Shown: positions 30,107 through 38,154 of the stretch, piece by piece
How the letters are laid out: every line of letters begins with the position of its first letter
Numbering within the stretch: position 1 is the stretch's first letter
Source of the DNA: an uncultured delta proteobacterium
Lineage (GTDB): Bacteria > Desulfobacterota > RBG-13-43-22
Assembly: GCA_963802945.1 (NCBI GenBank)
Contig: CAWDKY010000025.1
Span: 96,001-160,000 of the forward strand
Length of the DNA stretch: 64,000 bases
Reading direction: 5' to 3'
The notes under the pieces: model-generated
Databases searched by the model: none
What the model was told of the DNA's origin: nothing
What the model saw: the letters and a program-made list of their open reading frames with translations, nothing else
Position numbers and translations under genes: made by a program

Positions 30107-30161
30107 ATGCTGGGCGATACTAGATGCTTGATATAAATCCAGTATCCAGTATCCAGTATCG
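30107..30161. repeat. Heptamer repeat hairpin (GATACTG/CAGTATC)
   Basis: gatactagatgcttgat...atccagtatccagtatccagtatc. Confidence 0.6.
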
Positions 30162-30167
30162 GACTGT

Positions 30168-30962
30168 TCAGGCTCCTTTAAAAACCGGCCTCCTTTTTTC
30201 TGCAAAGGCTCGTTTGGCCTCTTCATGGTCATCGCTGACGGCAGCCTGTATTCTCAGCGAGTGGAAGGTTTCAATATCTCCGGCCGAAGAAACGGGGTTT
30301 TCGGCAAGCCGGCTGAGTATATATTTAGAGCCGCACAGCGAGAGCGGAGCGCATTTGGTTATTTCATCGGCCATTCCATAGGTGTAGGCCTCCAATTGAT
30401 CGTGATCCACCAAATGGTTTACCAGGCCCATAGTCAGACATTCCTGACTATCATAGGTACGGCCGGTTAGAAATATTTCCAGAGCCGTACTGTATCCCAG
30501 CACATTTAAAAAGCGCCTGAATCCCCGGTAGCTTGAAATCAAACCCATTCTAGATGTAGGGATTCCCATTTTAACGTTTTTTGAAGCGATTCGAATATCA
30601 CAAGCCATGGCCAGGACGCATCCTGCTCCCAGCGTGTAGCCATAAAGCATAGCGATAACGGGAAATGGGAACATCTGGATGGCTTCAGAAGCCATTTGGG
30701 AGTCCCCTTGGTCTTTCCTGGCCTCAACCGAATCTCCTCTTCTGGGCATGGCCGTAATATCCGCACCCGCGGAAAAGGCCTCCTCTCCGGTCCCCCGGAG
30801 TATCACCACTCGGATGTTTTTATCCTGAGATAGTTCTTTAAAGGTTTGGGTGATCGTAAAAAGACAGTCGGGGTTGAGGGCATTGTGTTTCTCCGGATTG
30901 TTGATGATCAGGGTACATACGGGTCCCTCTTTGACGACAATTAAATTTTTCTTCTCCTCCAT
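30168..30962 (-). CDS. Enoyl-CoA hydratase/isomerase family
   Basis: NPEKHNAL, FSAGADI, ACDIRIA, AFAEKRRPVFKG; the usual catalytic Glu residues are not evident (GAGCVL, GIPTSRMG). Confidence 0.88.
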   Translation of the reverse strand: MEEKKNLIVVKEGPVCTLIINNPEKHNALNPDCLFTITQTFKELSQDKNIRVVILRGTGEEAFSAGADITAMPRRGDSVEARKDQGDSQMASEAIQMFPFPVIAMLYGYTLGAGCVLAMACDIRIASKNVKMGIPTSRMGLISSYRGFRRFLNVLGYSTALEIFLTGRTYDSQECLTMGLVNHLVDHDQLEAYTYGMADEITKCAPLSLCGSKYILSRLAENPVSSAGDIETFHSLRIQAAVSDDHEEAKRAFAEKRRPVFKGA

Positions 30963-31116
30963 GGGCTTTCCTTTTTATGACTTTTTTATAAATTGACTTG
31001 GCGAGAAAAATGATTTCAAATATAAAAAAAGGATAGGTTATATTTAGATTTATATTTTTAAGTCTGATGTGATGTCAAGTAAAAATAAAGTGGATATGAA
31101 GGAGGAAACGGCGGCT

Positions 31117-32310
31117 ATGCAACCTTTGTCGGGAATACGGATTCTGGATTTGTCGCGTATGGTGGCCGGCGCCTATTGTTCCCTGATCCTAGGCGATCTG
31201 GGGGCCGAGGTGATTAAAATCGAACAACCTAAGATAGGAGACGATACCCGCCAATGGGGGCCACCCTACATTAACGGGGAGAGCGCTTATTTTCTTTGCA
31301 TCAACCGGAACAAACAAAGCCTGACTCTTGATTTTCGGAAGGATAAGGCCAAGGAAATTTTTCTCAGTCTCGTCCGGCAATCCGACGTGGTGATCGAGAA
31401 TTTTCGTGCCGGGTTCATGGAGAAATACGGATTAGGTTATCAGGAGCTCAAGAAAATAAAACCGGATCTGATTTACTGTTCGATCACCGGCTACGGAAGA
31501 TCCGGACCCTATAAAGACCGGCCGGCAACCGACACGGCCATCCAGGCCATGGGAGGTCTCTTCGGCCTGGTCGGCGAGGCTAAGGGGAAACCCTATCGGG
31601 TCCCATTACCCATGATAGATATGGCCTCAGGCCTCTATGCCCACGGGGCTATTTTAGCTTGCCTGATCAGGCGTGGTCAAGACAAGCAGTCCCATTTCAT
31701 CGAGGTCTCTCTGATGGACAATATGCTTTCCCTTCTGCTGAACTTTGGGAGCAACTACCTCTTGACCGGTCAGGTTGAAGAGCGCCAAGGCAATGCCAGT
31801 CCCAGCATCGTTCCCTCAAACGTATTTGAGACCAAAGATCGCCATGTGTTTTTAACTGCCAGCAACGACACCCGATTTAGAAAACTCTGCCAAACCATCG
31901 GTCTGGGGCATTTGGCTGACGATTCGCGATTCACTACAACAGGAGCCCGAATGGAAAACCGTCTGGAATTAGAGAAACTGATCCAGGAAAGGCTGAAAGA
32001 GAAGACGGTTGGTGAATGGATGGAGTTAATGTATGAAAATGGAGAAGGGATCCCCTTCGCTCCTATCAGAACCCTGGACGAGGTCTTCCAGGACCCCCAG
32101 GTCATGGCCCGGGGTATCGTCCAGGAAATCCAACATTCGTTGATCGGGACACTGCGGATGATCGGGCCGACCGTTTTATACGACCAGATTCGGGGCCGCG
32201 TCCAAATGCCGCCCCCCAGGTTGGGTGAACACAATCGGGAAATACTGAAAAAATTTCTGGGGTATGATGAAGAACAGATCGGACGACTGGAAAAGGATGG
32301 GGTGATTTGA
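31117..32310 (+). CDS. Class III CoA-transferase
   Basis: PLSGIRILDLSR, GDDTRQWGPP, NRNKQSL, PMIDMASG, PPRLGEHN; RBS aaggagg. Confidence 0.93.
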   Translation: MQPLSGIRILDLSRMVAGAYCSLILGDLGAEVIKIEQPKIGDDTRQWGPPYINGESAYFLCINRNKQSLTLDFRKDKAKEIFLSLVRQSDVVIENFRAGFMEKYGLGYQELKKIKPDLIYCSITGYGRSGPYKDRPATDTAIQAMGGLFGLVGEAKGKPYRVPLPMIDMASGLYAHGAILACLIRRGQDKQSHFIEVSLMDNMLSLLLNFGSNYLLTGQVEERQGNASPSIVPSNVFETKDRHVFLTASNDTRFRKLCQTIGLGHLADDSRFTTTGARMENRLELEKLIQERLKEKTVGEWMELMYENGEGIPFAPIRTLDEVFQDPQVMARGIVQEIQHSLIGTLRMIGPTVLYDQIRGRVQMPPPRLGEHNREILKKFLGYDEEQIGRLEKDGVI

Positions 32311-32449
32311 ACATAATAGGGAAGCGACTAAACTCATGAAAGAGGACATCGACATCCACATCCAGGTCAGTTTTTATTCACTCTTACGATTTATAAATTA
32401 TATTTTGGGCAGCAGGCCCTAACGATTTGACCCTACTACCCCTTTTGAT

Positions 32450-32472
32450 GGCAGGGATTGGATGTCCCTGCC
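32450..32472. terminator. Hairpin between convergent units, possible terminator
   Basis: ggcaggga-ttggatg-tccctgcc 8-bp stem. Confidence 0.4.
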
Positions 32473-32533
32473 TCTTGATTCTTTCGGGTTCCCAAATAAT
32501 TTTTGGATCATAAATAATTGGTTAGAATAAGCT

Positions 32534-32583
32534 GGGGATACTTCCCGGATTAAATCAGTATCAATGAAATAAGGAAGTGCCTC
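32534..32583. repeat. Left copy of the imperfect direct repeat/hairpin bracketing the defence block
   Basis: ggggatacttcccggattaaatc matches 37499-37521 at 18/23; inverted arm ggaagtgcctc. Confidence 0.5.
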
Positions 32584-32631
32584 TGGGTTTTCCTCCCTTT
32601 GTCCTTTTTCAAGGGCTGACCCCGTTGCCTC

Positions 32632-33324
32632 TCACGAAAGTCCAGCCTCTCGGGCACTTCTTGTGCTGAAATCAAGACGCTGATTAACTTCAGATGAAGG
32701 TATGACTTCCGAGGTAATGTCGAGGAGACTGCCAATAAAGAGTTTTCTAGGCGTGTCGGAACCAGGCTCTACAACAATTCGAAACTCATTTTGATAAGCG
32801 AATATTGAACGCTTGCGGAAGCGCCCAGTTTCACCTGAGTACTCCTCAGCATCGTAGTATTCAACCAGCCCGGCTGTGGGGTTAAGGCCAGCATCCTTAG
32901 CAGCACCAAAAACGCGATTTAAGAACTCGGTAGGGTTCAAGACAAGCGCGCATGAATCCCCAAACTGAAAATTCTTAGGGTTAACCAATTCCCCATCAAC
33001 TGGTTTTGTCACGGCAAACATGCAATACACATTGCATGATGCAGTCCTCTGTAGCCCGATTCGAACCGGTCCGGCCAATTCCAATGGGTTTACGGTGAAT
33101 TTACCGAGACCTATCTTACTCCCGTCAAGTATGATTTCGGCATGCTTGGGCTGGATAATGGTTGTCGTTCCCTCAAAGCAGTCGCCTCTTGCCGTATCCG
33201 ATTCGAGTTTGGCAAACTCGGCCAACGACTTCATATATAGCAGCCCCTCCCTACAAAACGCCTGAATGTGCTTTTTTTCCCCAAACTTCAAGAGGGCATA
33301 AATTATTTGTTTGGCTTCTAACAT
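32632..33324 (-). CDS. Hypothetical protein, DUF2971-like (possible ADP-ribosyltransferase-like fold)
   Basis: LLKFG..G.LYM, RGD.FEG, VYCM, VEYYD, FRKRSIFAYQNEFR, IGSLLDI; RBS gaggtg. Confidence 0.6.
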   Translation of the reverse strand: MLEAKQIIYALLKFGEKKHIQAFCREGLLYMKSLAEFAKLESDTARGDCFEGTTTIIQPKHAEIILDGSKIGLGKFTVNPLELAGPVRIGLQRTASCNVYCMFAVTKPVDGELVNPKNFQFGDSCALVLNPTEFLNRVFGAAKDAGLNPTAGLVEYYDAEEYSGETGRFRKRSIFAYQNEFRIVVEPGSDTPRKLFIGSLLDITSEVIPSSEVNQRLDFSTRSAREAGLS

Positions 33325-33500
33325 TGATCACCTCTCTGCGGAAATCTCTCGAATGCGGCCGGATAGATCTGTGCCTCGTTGAAGCTCACTTGCGAATCGT
33401 TCTGGGTTCGGCACAACTGATTTGTTCGGCGAGTTTTTCGTGATTCCCATCTCGGCTTCCGCTAGGGCACCATCTGCCCGACTGTTGGGCGGTGTCATCG

Positions 33501-36377
33501 TCAGGATTCACCTTCAACGAGTTTGATTTCTTCTTCCGTAAGGCCGTACAGTTCGTACACCATACGGTCGATCTCCGCGTCGGTCGCCGTGAAGGCATTC
33601 TGCAATGCGGCTTTTTCGGGTTCTGATGTGGCCCCGCGCAGTTTTGGCGTCAGCGCCAGCATCTTCTCCACCAGCAGTACCAGCTTGTCGTGCCGCGCTT
33701 TGTCGGACGGCTTTTTTGAATCAATCTTGGGAAAAGGAAGCTCCCGAGTTTGTTTGATAATCGTTTTTGGAAAGTCGTCGCGACGAGCAACCATGTTAAC
33801 CTGGCAAAAGAACCATGAGATGAGCCGACTATTGAGGATGGCCAGAATACACTTTATATTAGGAAATGTGTTTCGTGGAATCAGGTTTTGAACTGATTGG
33901 TTAGTTAAAAATTCTGCCTCGGAATACACAGCTTGCAGCCGGAATTTTCGGCCGAGTAATTGTCGCAACAGAATCCGCTGTCCGCTGAAGAACTTGATTG
34001 GTTTTCTGGCCTCGATGTCAGGCGGATAACCTTCATACGCTTCCGGCCCAAGGTCCAACTCATAGCGCAGCATCTCACCATTGAATGCGCGCTTCGGCAT
34101 TCGGCAATCCTTTGCAGGACGAGGATTGTAGGTTTCGATGCCTCGCATCACTTCAACCGCCGAGTCCAACATGGCTGGACTTCCCCTGAGCTTCTTCACC
34201 AAAGCCGCCTGCTCTTTGGAAGACAACACCAAGAATTCTTTGTCGGGCGATCCAATCCAGTCAGCGTAGTTGCCTACCTTTCTGAACAAATCAAAATCCT
34301 TCGGGCCTTCGACCTTCCGCCGGATTGGAAAGACGACCAAGTCAACTGTCGTGTCTTCCAAGTCTGTCCATCGTTTATTAGAAACTAAGCGCTGCGCCGT
34401 TACAATGATAGTGTCAATGTATGCTCCATCGAATACATCGTAAGGAAGCGAAACGAATGACGTTGGACGAAACTGTTCAGCAAATCGTTCGCGAAGCTTT
34501 TTTGATGAAGGCGTTGAAACCCAACCTGACGGAATAATCATACCGAAGTGTCCTTGGGGATTCAGCAAATCACCAGTCTGTTCTACGAACATGATGAACG
34601 AGTCGATTGAGTTTGTGACGGCGCGGAATCTATTTCGAATGTATGCTTCCCACTCTTTATCGAAGTCTGCACCATACGGTGGATTGCCGATGATGGCATC
34701 GAAGCCTCCGGTTTTCATGGCGTCGGGGAACTGCGCGTGCCAGTCGAAGGCTCGGACGCGGACGAGGTCTTCGGGAATCATGGAGAAGTCGGAGGCGATA
34801 AGGGAGTTTCCGCATTTGATGTTTTGGGATAGATTCGGCAATGCACGTTCGTGGAAGAGGTTCATCTGACGGGAGAGGGTAGTGTCGTTTTCGCCTTCGA
34901 GGGCCTTCAGCAGCAACGAGAGCTTGGTGGTTTCGACGGCCTGCCGGTCGATGTCAACGCCGTAGATGTGAGTGGTGAGGATGCGTTTGCGTTCGGCGAT
35001 GGTGAGACGGGTTTCACCTTTGGCGTTCTCATAAACGGCTTTGGCGTGTTTTTTGGAGAAGTTGTCCTGATACCATTTCAGGTAATGGTCGAGCAGTAAC
35101 TGATAGGCGCCGAGGAGGAAGGAGCCGCTCCCGCATGCCATGTCGAGCACGCGGAAGGAGGGCGTGGTTTTGCCGCCAGCAAGATCGGCGGGGCTTTTGC
35201 CTTCAATCTGTTTGCCGATGGTGTTGAGGACGATGTAGTTCACGATATAGGCGGGGGTGTAGTACACGCCGCCGGCCTTGCGCACTTCGGGCTTTTCCTC
35301 TACTTTGGCCTGATGCCCGGCAGTCAGGCGGATGACTTTGCCGAGGAAGCGTTCGTACACCGTGCCGAGGATTTCCACGGGTAGGACGCCGAAGTTGTAC
35401 GGACTGCCATGCTCAAAGTAGAGGCTTTGGAGAATGGGCTTGAGGGCATTATCGTCCACGGCTAGACGCGGCGTTAGCGTGTCCGGCGCATCAGAGACGC
35501 CGGGTTCTTTCTGGAAGTGGAACAGGCCAGAGTTGTATTTCTGATCGGCCTTACGGCACAATCCGTTAATAAAACGGTCGTAAATGGCCGGTTGCACGCA
35601 GAGTTTGAGTAGTTGCCCGTAAGACTCCAGTCCGCGATCCTCGGCCATCCGCAGAAAGATGATCCGGTCAATAATCCGCTGAACGGCGTTGTTGAGGTCC
35701 TCTACCGACAAATCGCTGTTGCGTAGGGCGAGGTTTCGTGCCAGTACATCGCGCCAGCCTTCGATATCCTTCAGAAACTCGCTGTCAACCTCGGAGGTGC
35801 CTCGCTTACGTTTGGAGGCAGCATACTGGTCGAAGTTCCCAGACCAGACGGCCTCGCGCGAGAAAACGTTCCAAATCTCCCGCCAACAGTCAGGATACTC
35901 GTTGAACAGGAAATACTGGATACGGGCATGGCTGGCCTTATCTCCGGGTCGCGGGCGAGAGGTACAATCGTACACGCCTAGTTCCCCGAAGTCGGTCAGG
36001 ATAGACAGGGCAAGCTTGGCGCTGAAGCCGTAACGGCGAAGTTGATAGGCCGGTGCGGGATCGGTGCTGATATTGACGCCGCACTTCTTGGCTTCGACGT
36101 AGAACTTCGGCAATGTGCCGACCCGGAAGGTGTAGTCGGGGGCCTTCTGTTGACCTTCCACATCCAGACTGTCTTCGGGGACGACTTCGCGATATTGGGG
36201 TGCTACCATGGTGTCGTTGCGCACGTCCCAGCCAAGGGCCTCGAAAAAAGGATCTATGAGTGATTGGCGGACGTGGGCTTCCTTGACTCCAGGAGCGAGG
36301 TAGGACTGCTGGTTAGTGGCGAAGTATTGACACAGCTTTGCAACTTCATCTTTGCCTTGATCGAATGTCTTACTCAT
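33501..36377 (-). CDS. Type IIG restriction-modification enzyme (fused endonuclease, N6-adenine methyltransferase and TRD; Eco57I/TaqI-C-like)
   Basis: APDY...YVEAKK (PD-ExK), GVYYTP, VLDMACGSGSFL (motif I), IIGNPPY (motif IV), ILNSRL, VYELYGLTEEEIKLVE. Confidence 0.92.
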   Translation of the reverse strand: MSKTFDQGKDEVAKLCQYFATNQQSYLAPGVKEAHVRQSLIDPFFEALGWDVRNDTMVAPQYREVVPEDSLDVEGQQKAPDYTFRVGTLPKFYVEAKKCGVNISTDPAPAYQLRRYGFSAKLALSILTDFGELGVYDCTSRPRPGDKASHARIQYFLFNEYPDCWREIWNVFSREAVWSGNFDQYAASKRKRGTSEVDSEFLKDIEGWRDVLARNLALRNSDLSVEDLNNAVQRIIDRIIFLRMAEDRGLESYGQLLKLCVQPAIYDRFINGLCRKADQKYNSGLFHFQKEPGVSDAPDTLTPRLAVDDNALKPILQSLYFEHGSPYNFGVLPVEILGTVYERFLGKVIRLTAGHQAKVEEKPEVRKAGGVYYTPAYIVNYIVLNTIGKQIEGKSPADLAGGKTTPSFRVLDMACGSGSFLLGAYQLLLDHYLKWYQDNFSKKHAKAVYENAKGETRLTIAERKRILTTHIYGVDIDRQAVETTKLSLLLKALEGENDTTLSRQMNLFHERALPNLSQNIKCGNSLIASDFSMIPEDLVRVRAFDWHAQFPDAMKTGGFDAIIGNPPYGADFDKEWEAYIRNRFRAVTNSIDSFIMFVEQTGDLLNPQGHFGMIIPSGWVSTPSSKKLRERFAEQFRPTSFVSLPYDVFDGAYIDTIIVTAQRLVSNKRWTDLEDTTVDLVVFPIRRKVEGPKDFDLFRKVGNYADWIGSPDKEFLVLSSKEQAALVKKLRGSPAMLDSAVEVMRGIETYNPRPAKDCRMPKRAFNGEMLRYELDLGPEAYEGYPPDIEARKPIKFFSGQRILLRQLLGRKFRLQAVYSEAEFLTNQSVQNLIPRNTFPNIKCILAILNSRLISWFFCQVNMVARRDDFPKTIIKQTRELPFPKIDSKKPSDKARHDKLVLLVEKMLALTPKLRGATSEPEKAALQNAFTATDAEIDRMVYELYGLTEEEIKLVEGES

Positions 36378-36419
36378 AAGTGCCCAATCCTTATCCCCGG
36401 TTACCCGCAACAATCAGAC

Positions 36420-36476
36420 GCCCAACATATAAATCAGCCGACACAGAAGGAAGGAGGCTGGATTTTTTTGTTAGCC
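36420..36476 (-). mobile_element. Integron attC site (57 bp)
   Basis: Minus strand: R'' GGCTAAC - 5 nt - L'' AATCCAGC - VTS - L' GCTGATT - 5 nt - R' GTTGGGC. One extra base in L''. Upstream gene's TAA lies inside R''. Confidence 0.85.
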
Positions 36477-37250
36477 ATCGGTTACTACTTCCGGCAAACC
36501 GAGTTTTCTGCGGTACTCGTTGAAGGCCGCGCGTTGATTTGGATCTCTGTGCTTCCAGTAGAACTGGAATTCGTACGGCTTTGCTTCCGGCATCCGAAGA
36601 TCCTCGGACCGTGCGGCCATGTCGTCGAACAGCAACTCTACATCGGGCTTGATGGGCTGACCACCTCGCGTCACCGTAGGGTCGTAATCCGGGTACAGGG
36701 TCATGTAGTTGGTTCCCATGCCAATGGCGTTAATGAGATCATGGGCAGCCGTCGCGAGTTCCCGAAGATCTACGAACGTGACCCGGGAATTATTGCTGTT
36801 GGACGGCTGGCTGGTGATGGCTTCCCTGTCGAGGTGCGCAAAAATACTATGGCGTAGGCGACTGATCCTCCCTTCGATTTGGTTGATTCGGCGATCTACG
36901 TCACTGGAGCGCAGCTTGGCAGCAATCGAGTTTCGCGCAACGTCATCGCGGGCATTCGACATTACCTCGTTCCGAAGTTGACGTAGCGTGAGAGAGTCAC
37001 CATTCGTATCAAGCAGAATCCGCCACAGTCCCACGACTACTGCCGTTTCGAGCGATCCACGAACGAGCTTCCAAAACGGCCCCGGATGCTCAACGAAAAG
37101 GTCGAAGGGGAACCGCGCCACATGCTCAAGCACGAACAACGTAGAACGAATTCTTGCCAACTGGTTGTGCAGAACACCGATCTGCGCCTTGTAGGTCGGT
37201 ATCCAAGACTCGACGAGTAATTCCTCTGGTCTAAGGTCCATGGTTTTCAC
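36471..37250 (-). CDS. HEPN-domain (AbiU2-like) putative RNase in an integron cassette
   Basis: Helical protein with RLRHSIFAH (Rx4-6H) and an upstream LWRILLD...SLTL motif; start GTG 37250 or ATG 37241. Confidence 0.7.
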   Translation of the reverse strand: MKTMDLRPEELLVESWIPTYKAQIGVLHNQLARIRSTLFVLEHVARFPFDLFVEHPGPFWKLVRGSLETAVVVGLWRILLDTNGDSLTLRQLRNEVMSNARDDVARNSIAAKLRSSDVDRRINQIEGRISRLRHSIFAHLDREAITSQPSNSNNSRVTFVDLRELATAAHDLINAIGMGTNYMTLYPDYDPTVTRGGQPIKPDVELLFDDMAARSEDLRMPEAKPYEFQFYWKHRDPNQRAAFNEYRRKLGLPEVVTDG

Positions 37251-37254
37251 GTAT

Positions 37255-37290
37255 GGCTAACAATTAATATACGAACTTCGTTTTTTCCTA
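37255..37290 (-). mobile_element. attI-like core site at the head of the cassette array
   Basis: ...aacgaagttcgtatattaattGTTAGCC; core is the exact complement of the cassette's R'' GGCTAAC; no attC-type inverted repeat upstream. Confidence 0.55.
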
Positions 37291-37303
37291 CTTTATACTC
37301 TTC

Positions 37304-37344
37304 ATTATAACACCCCATTATATTTAAGAAAAGGTAAAAGTCAC
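37304..37344 (-). promoter_or_regulatory. Pc-like promoter(s) reading into the cassette array
   Basis: Minus strand GTGACT-16 bp-TATAAT, plus a second extended -10 TGTTATAAT at 37312-37304. Confidence 0.55.
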
Positions 37345-37498
37345 ATAATAATAAATAAATAGCTATGTTCACGACTTCGTATTTTTTGTTGATAAGAAGC
37401 AAAAACGATATTCGTAATAAATGGAAAGTTTCCCCATTACTATAAAAGGTAATTTGGGGGTGAATTAAAACACGAGGCTGTGTCAAGAAGGAGAAACC

Positions 37499-37548
37499 GG
37501 GGACACTTCTATGATTAGATCTATTTTTAAAACGGGGGAGGCGTCTTT
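37499..37548. repeat. Right copy of the imperfect direct repeat/hairpin bracketing the defence block
   Basis: ggggacacttctatgattagatc; decayed inverted arm ggaggcgtcttt. Confidence 0.5.
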
Positions 37549-37557
37549 AGATTTCTT

Positions 37558-38004
37558 TTAATCTGATCCGTTTCGACTATTTTTACTGTGAACATCGTCT
37601 TTTGAGCTCGATGGCTTGTAATGAGCAAGCCAGAAAAAGGCAAAAGATATTAAAGTGGTAATAAAAGCTATGGTGAAGGCCAGTGATTTCCCGTGCCATA
37701 AACCGTCCAACCAAAGCCTGAATTCAGTAACAAGTACATTGGCCTTTCCGCCATAAAGTTCTAAATCCCGTGAATATTTTTTTGAATCTTCAGGCCTAAT
37801 TGGATAAACAGATCCATTTCCTTCTTCGTAACCCAAAACGTAGTTCGGATTATTATCCGCTGTTTGATAAATCCAAGTGGCGCTAATCAAACCAACCAGG
37901 AGGATAACGATGCTGAGGGCATTGAAATAAACATGCGGATCTTTAATATTCCATATCATATCGTGCCTATTTAAAATCATGTCTTTCTTTGGCTGGACGA
38001 TCAT
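37558..38004 (-). CDS. Small two-TM membrane protein downstream of mdtC (start uncertain)
   Basis: Two hydrophobic segments flanking SKKYSRDLELYGGKANVL...LWHGKSLA. Confidence 0.6.
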   Translation of the reverse strand: MIVQPKKDMILNRHDMIWNIKDPHVYFNALSIVILLVGLISATWIYQTADNNPNYVLGYEEGNGSVYPIRPEDSKKYSRDLELYGGKANVLVTEFRLWLDGLWHGKSLAFTIAFITTLISFAFFWLAHYKPSSSKDDVHSKNSRNGSD

Positions 38005-38005
38005 A

Positions 38006-38104
38006 GATACTGGTTTCTTGATTCTGGATACTAGATGCTGGATTGGCTTTATCTAGAATCGAGTATCGCTTTTCGTTTTTATCCAGCTTCAAGTATCCAG
38101 CATC
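38006..38104. repeat. Heptamer repeat hairpin (GATACTG/CAGTATC family)
   Basis: gatactg...ggatactagatgctggat...atccagcttcaagtatccagcatc; same family as 30.1 kb. Confidence 0.6.
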
Positions 38105-38154
38105 ATTTCAAAAGATTGAGACCACACCATCGTAATCGGGTGTTCTGAATTTTA

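Noticed and set aside
32417-32527. Possible third attC (minus strand TTCTAAC...GTTAGGG); TTCTAAC complements GTTAGAA at the start of the DUF2971-like gene
   Set aside because: The L boxes do not pair at the required spacing, R'' is over 100 nt from the stop and outside the flanking repeat, and GTTAGAA is explained by a start codon with its own RBS. Suggestive only.
33355-33430. GCCGAAC...tgtgcc/ggcaca hairpin as the attC of the RM cassette
   Set aside because: No GTT core at the distal end and wrong spacing; at most a decayed site.
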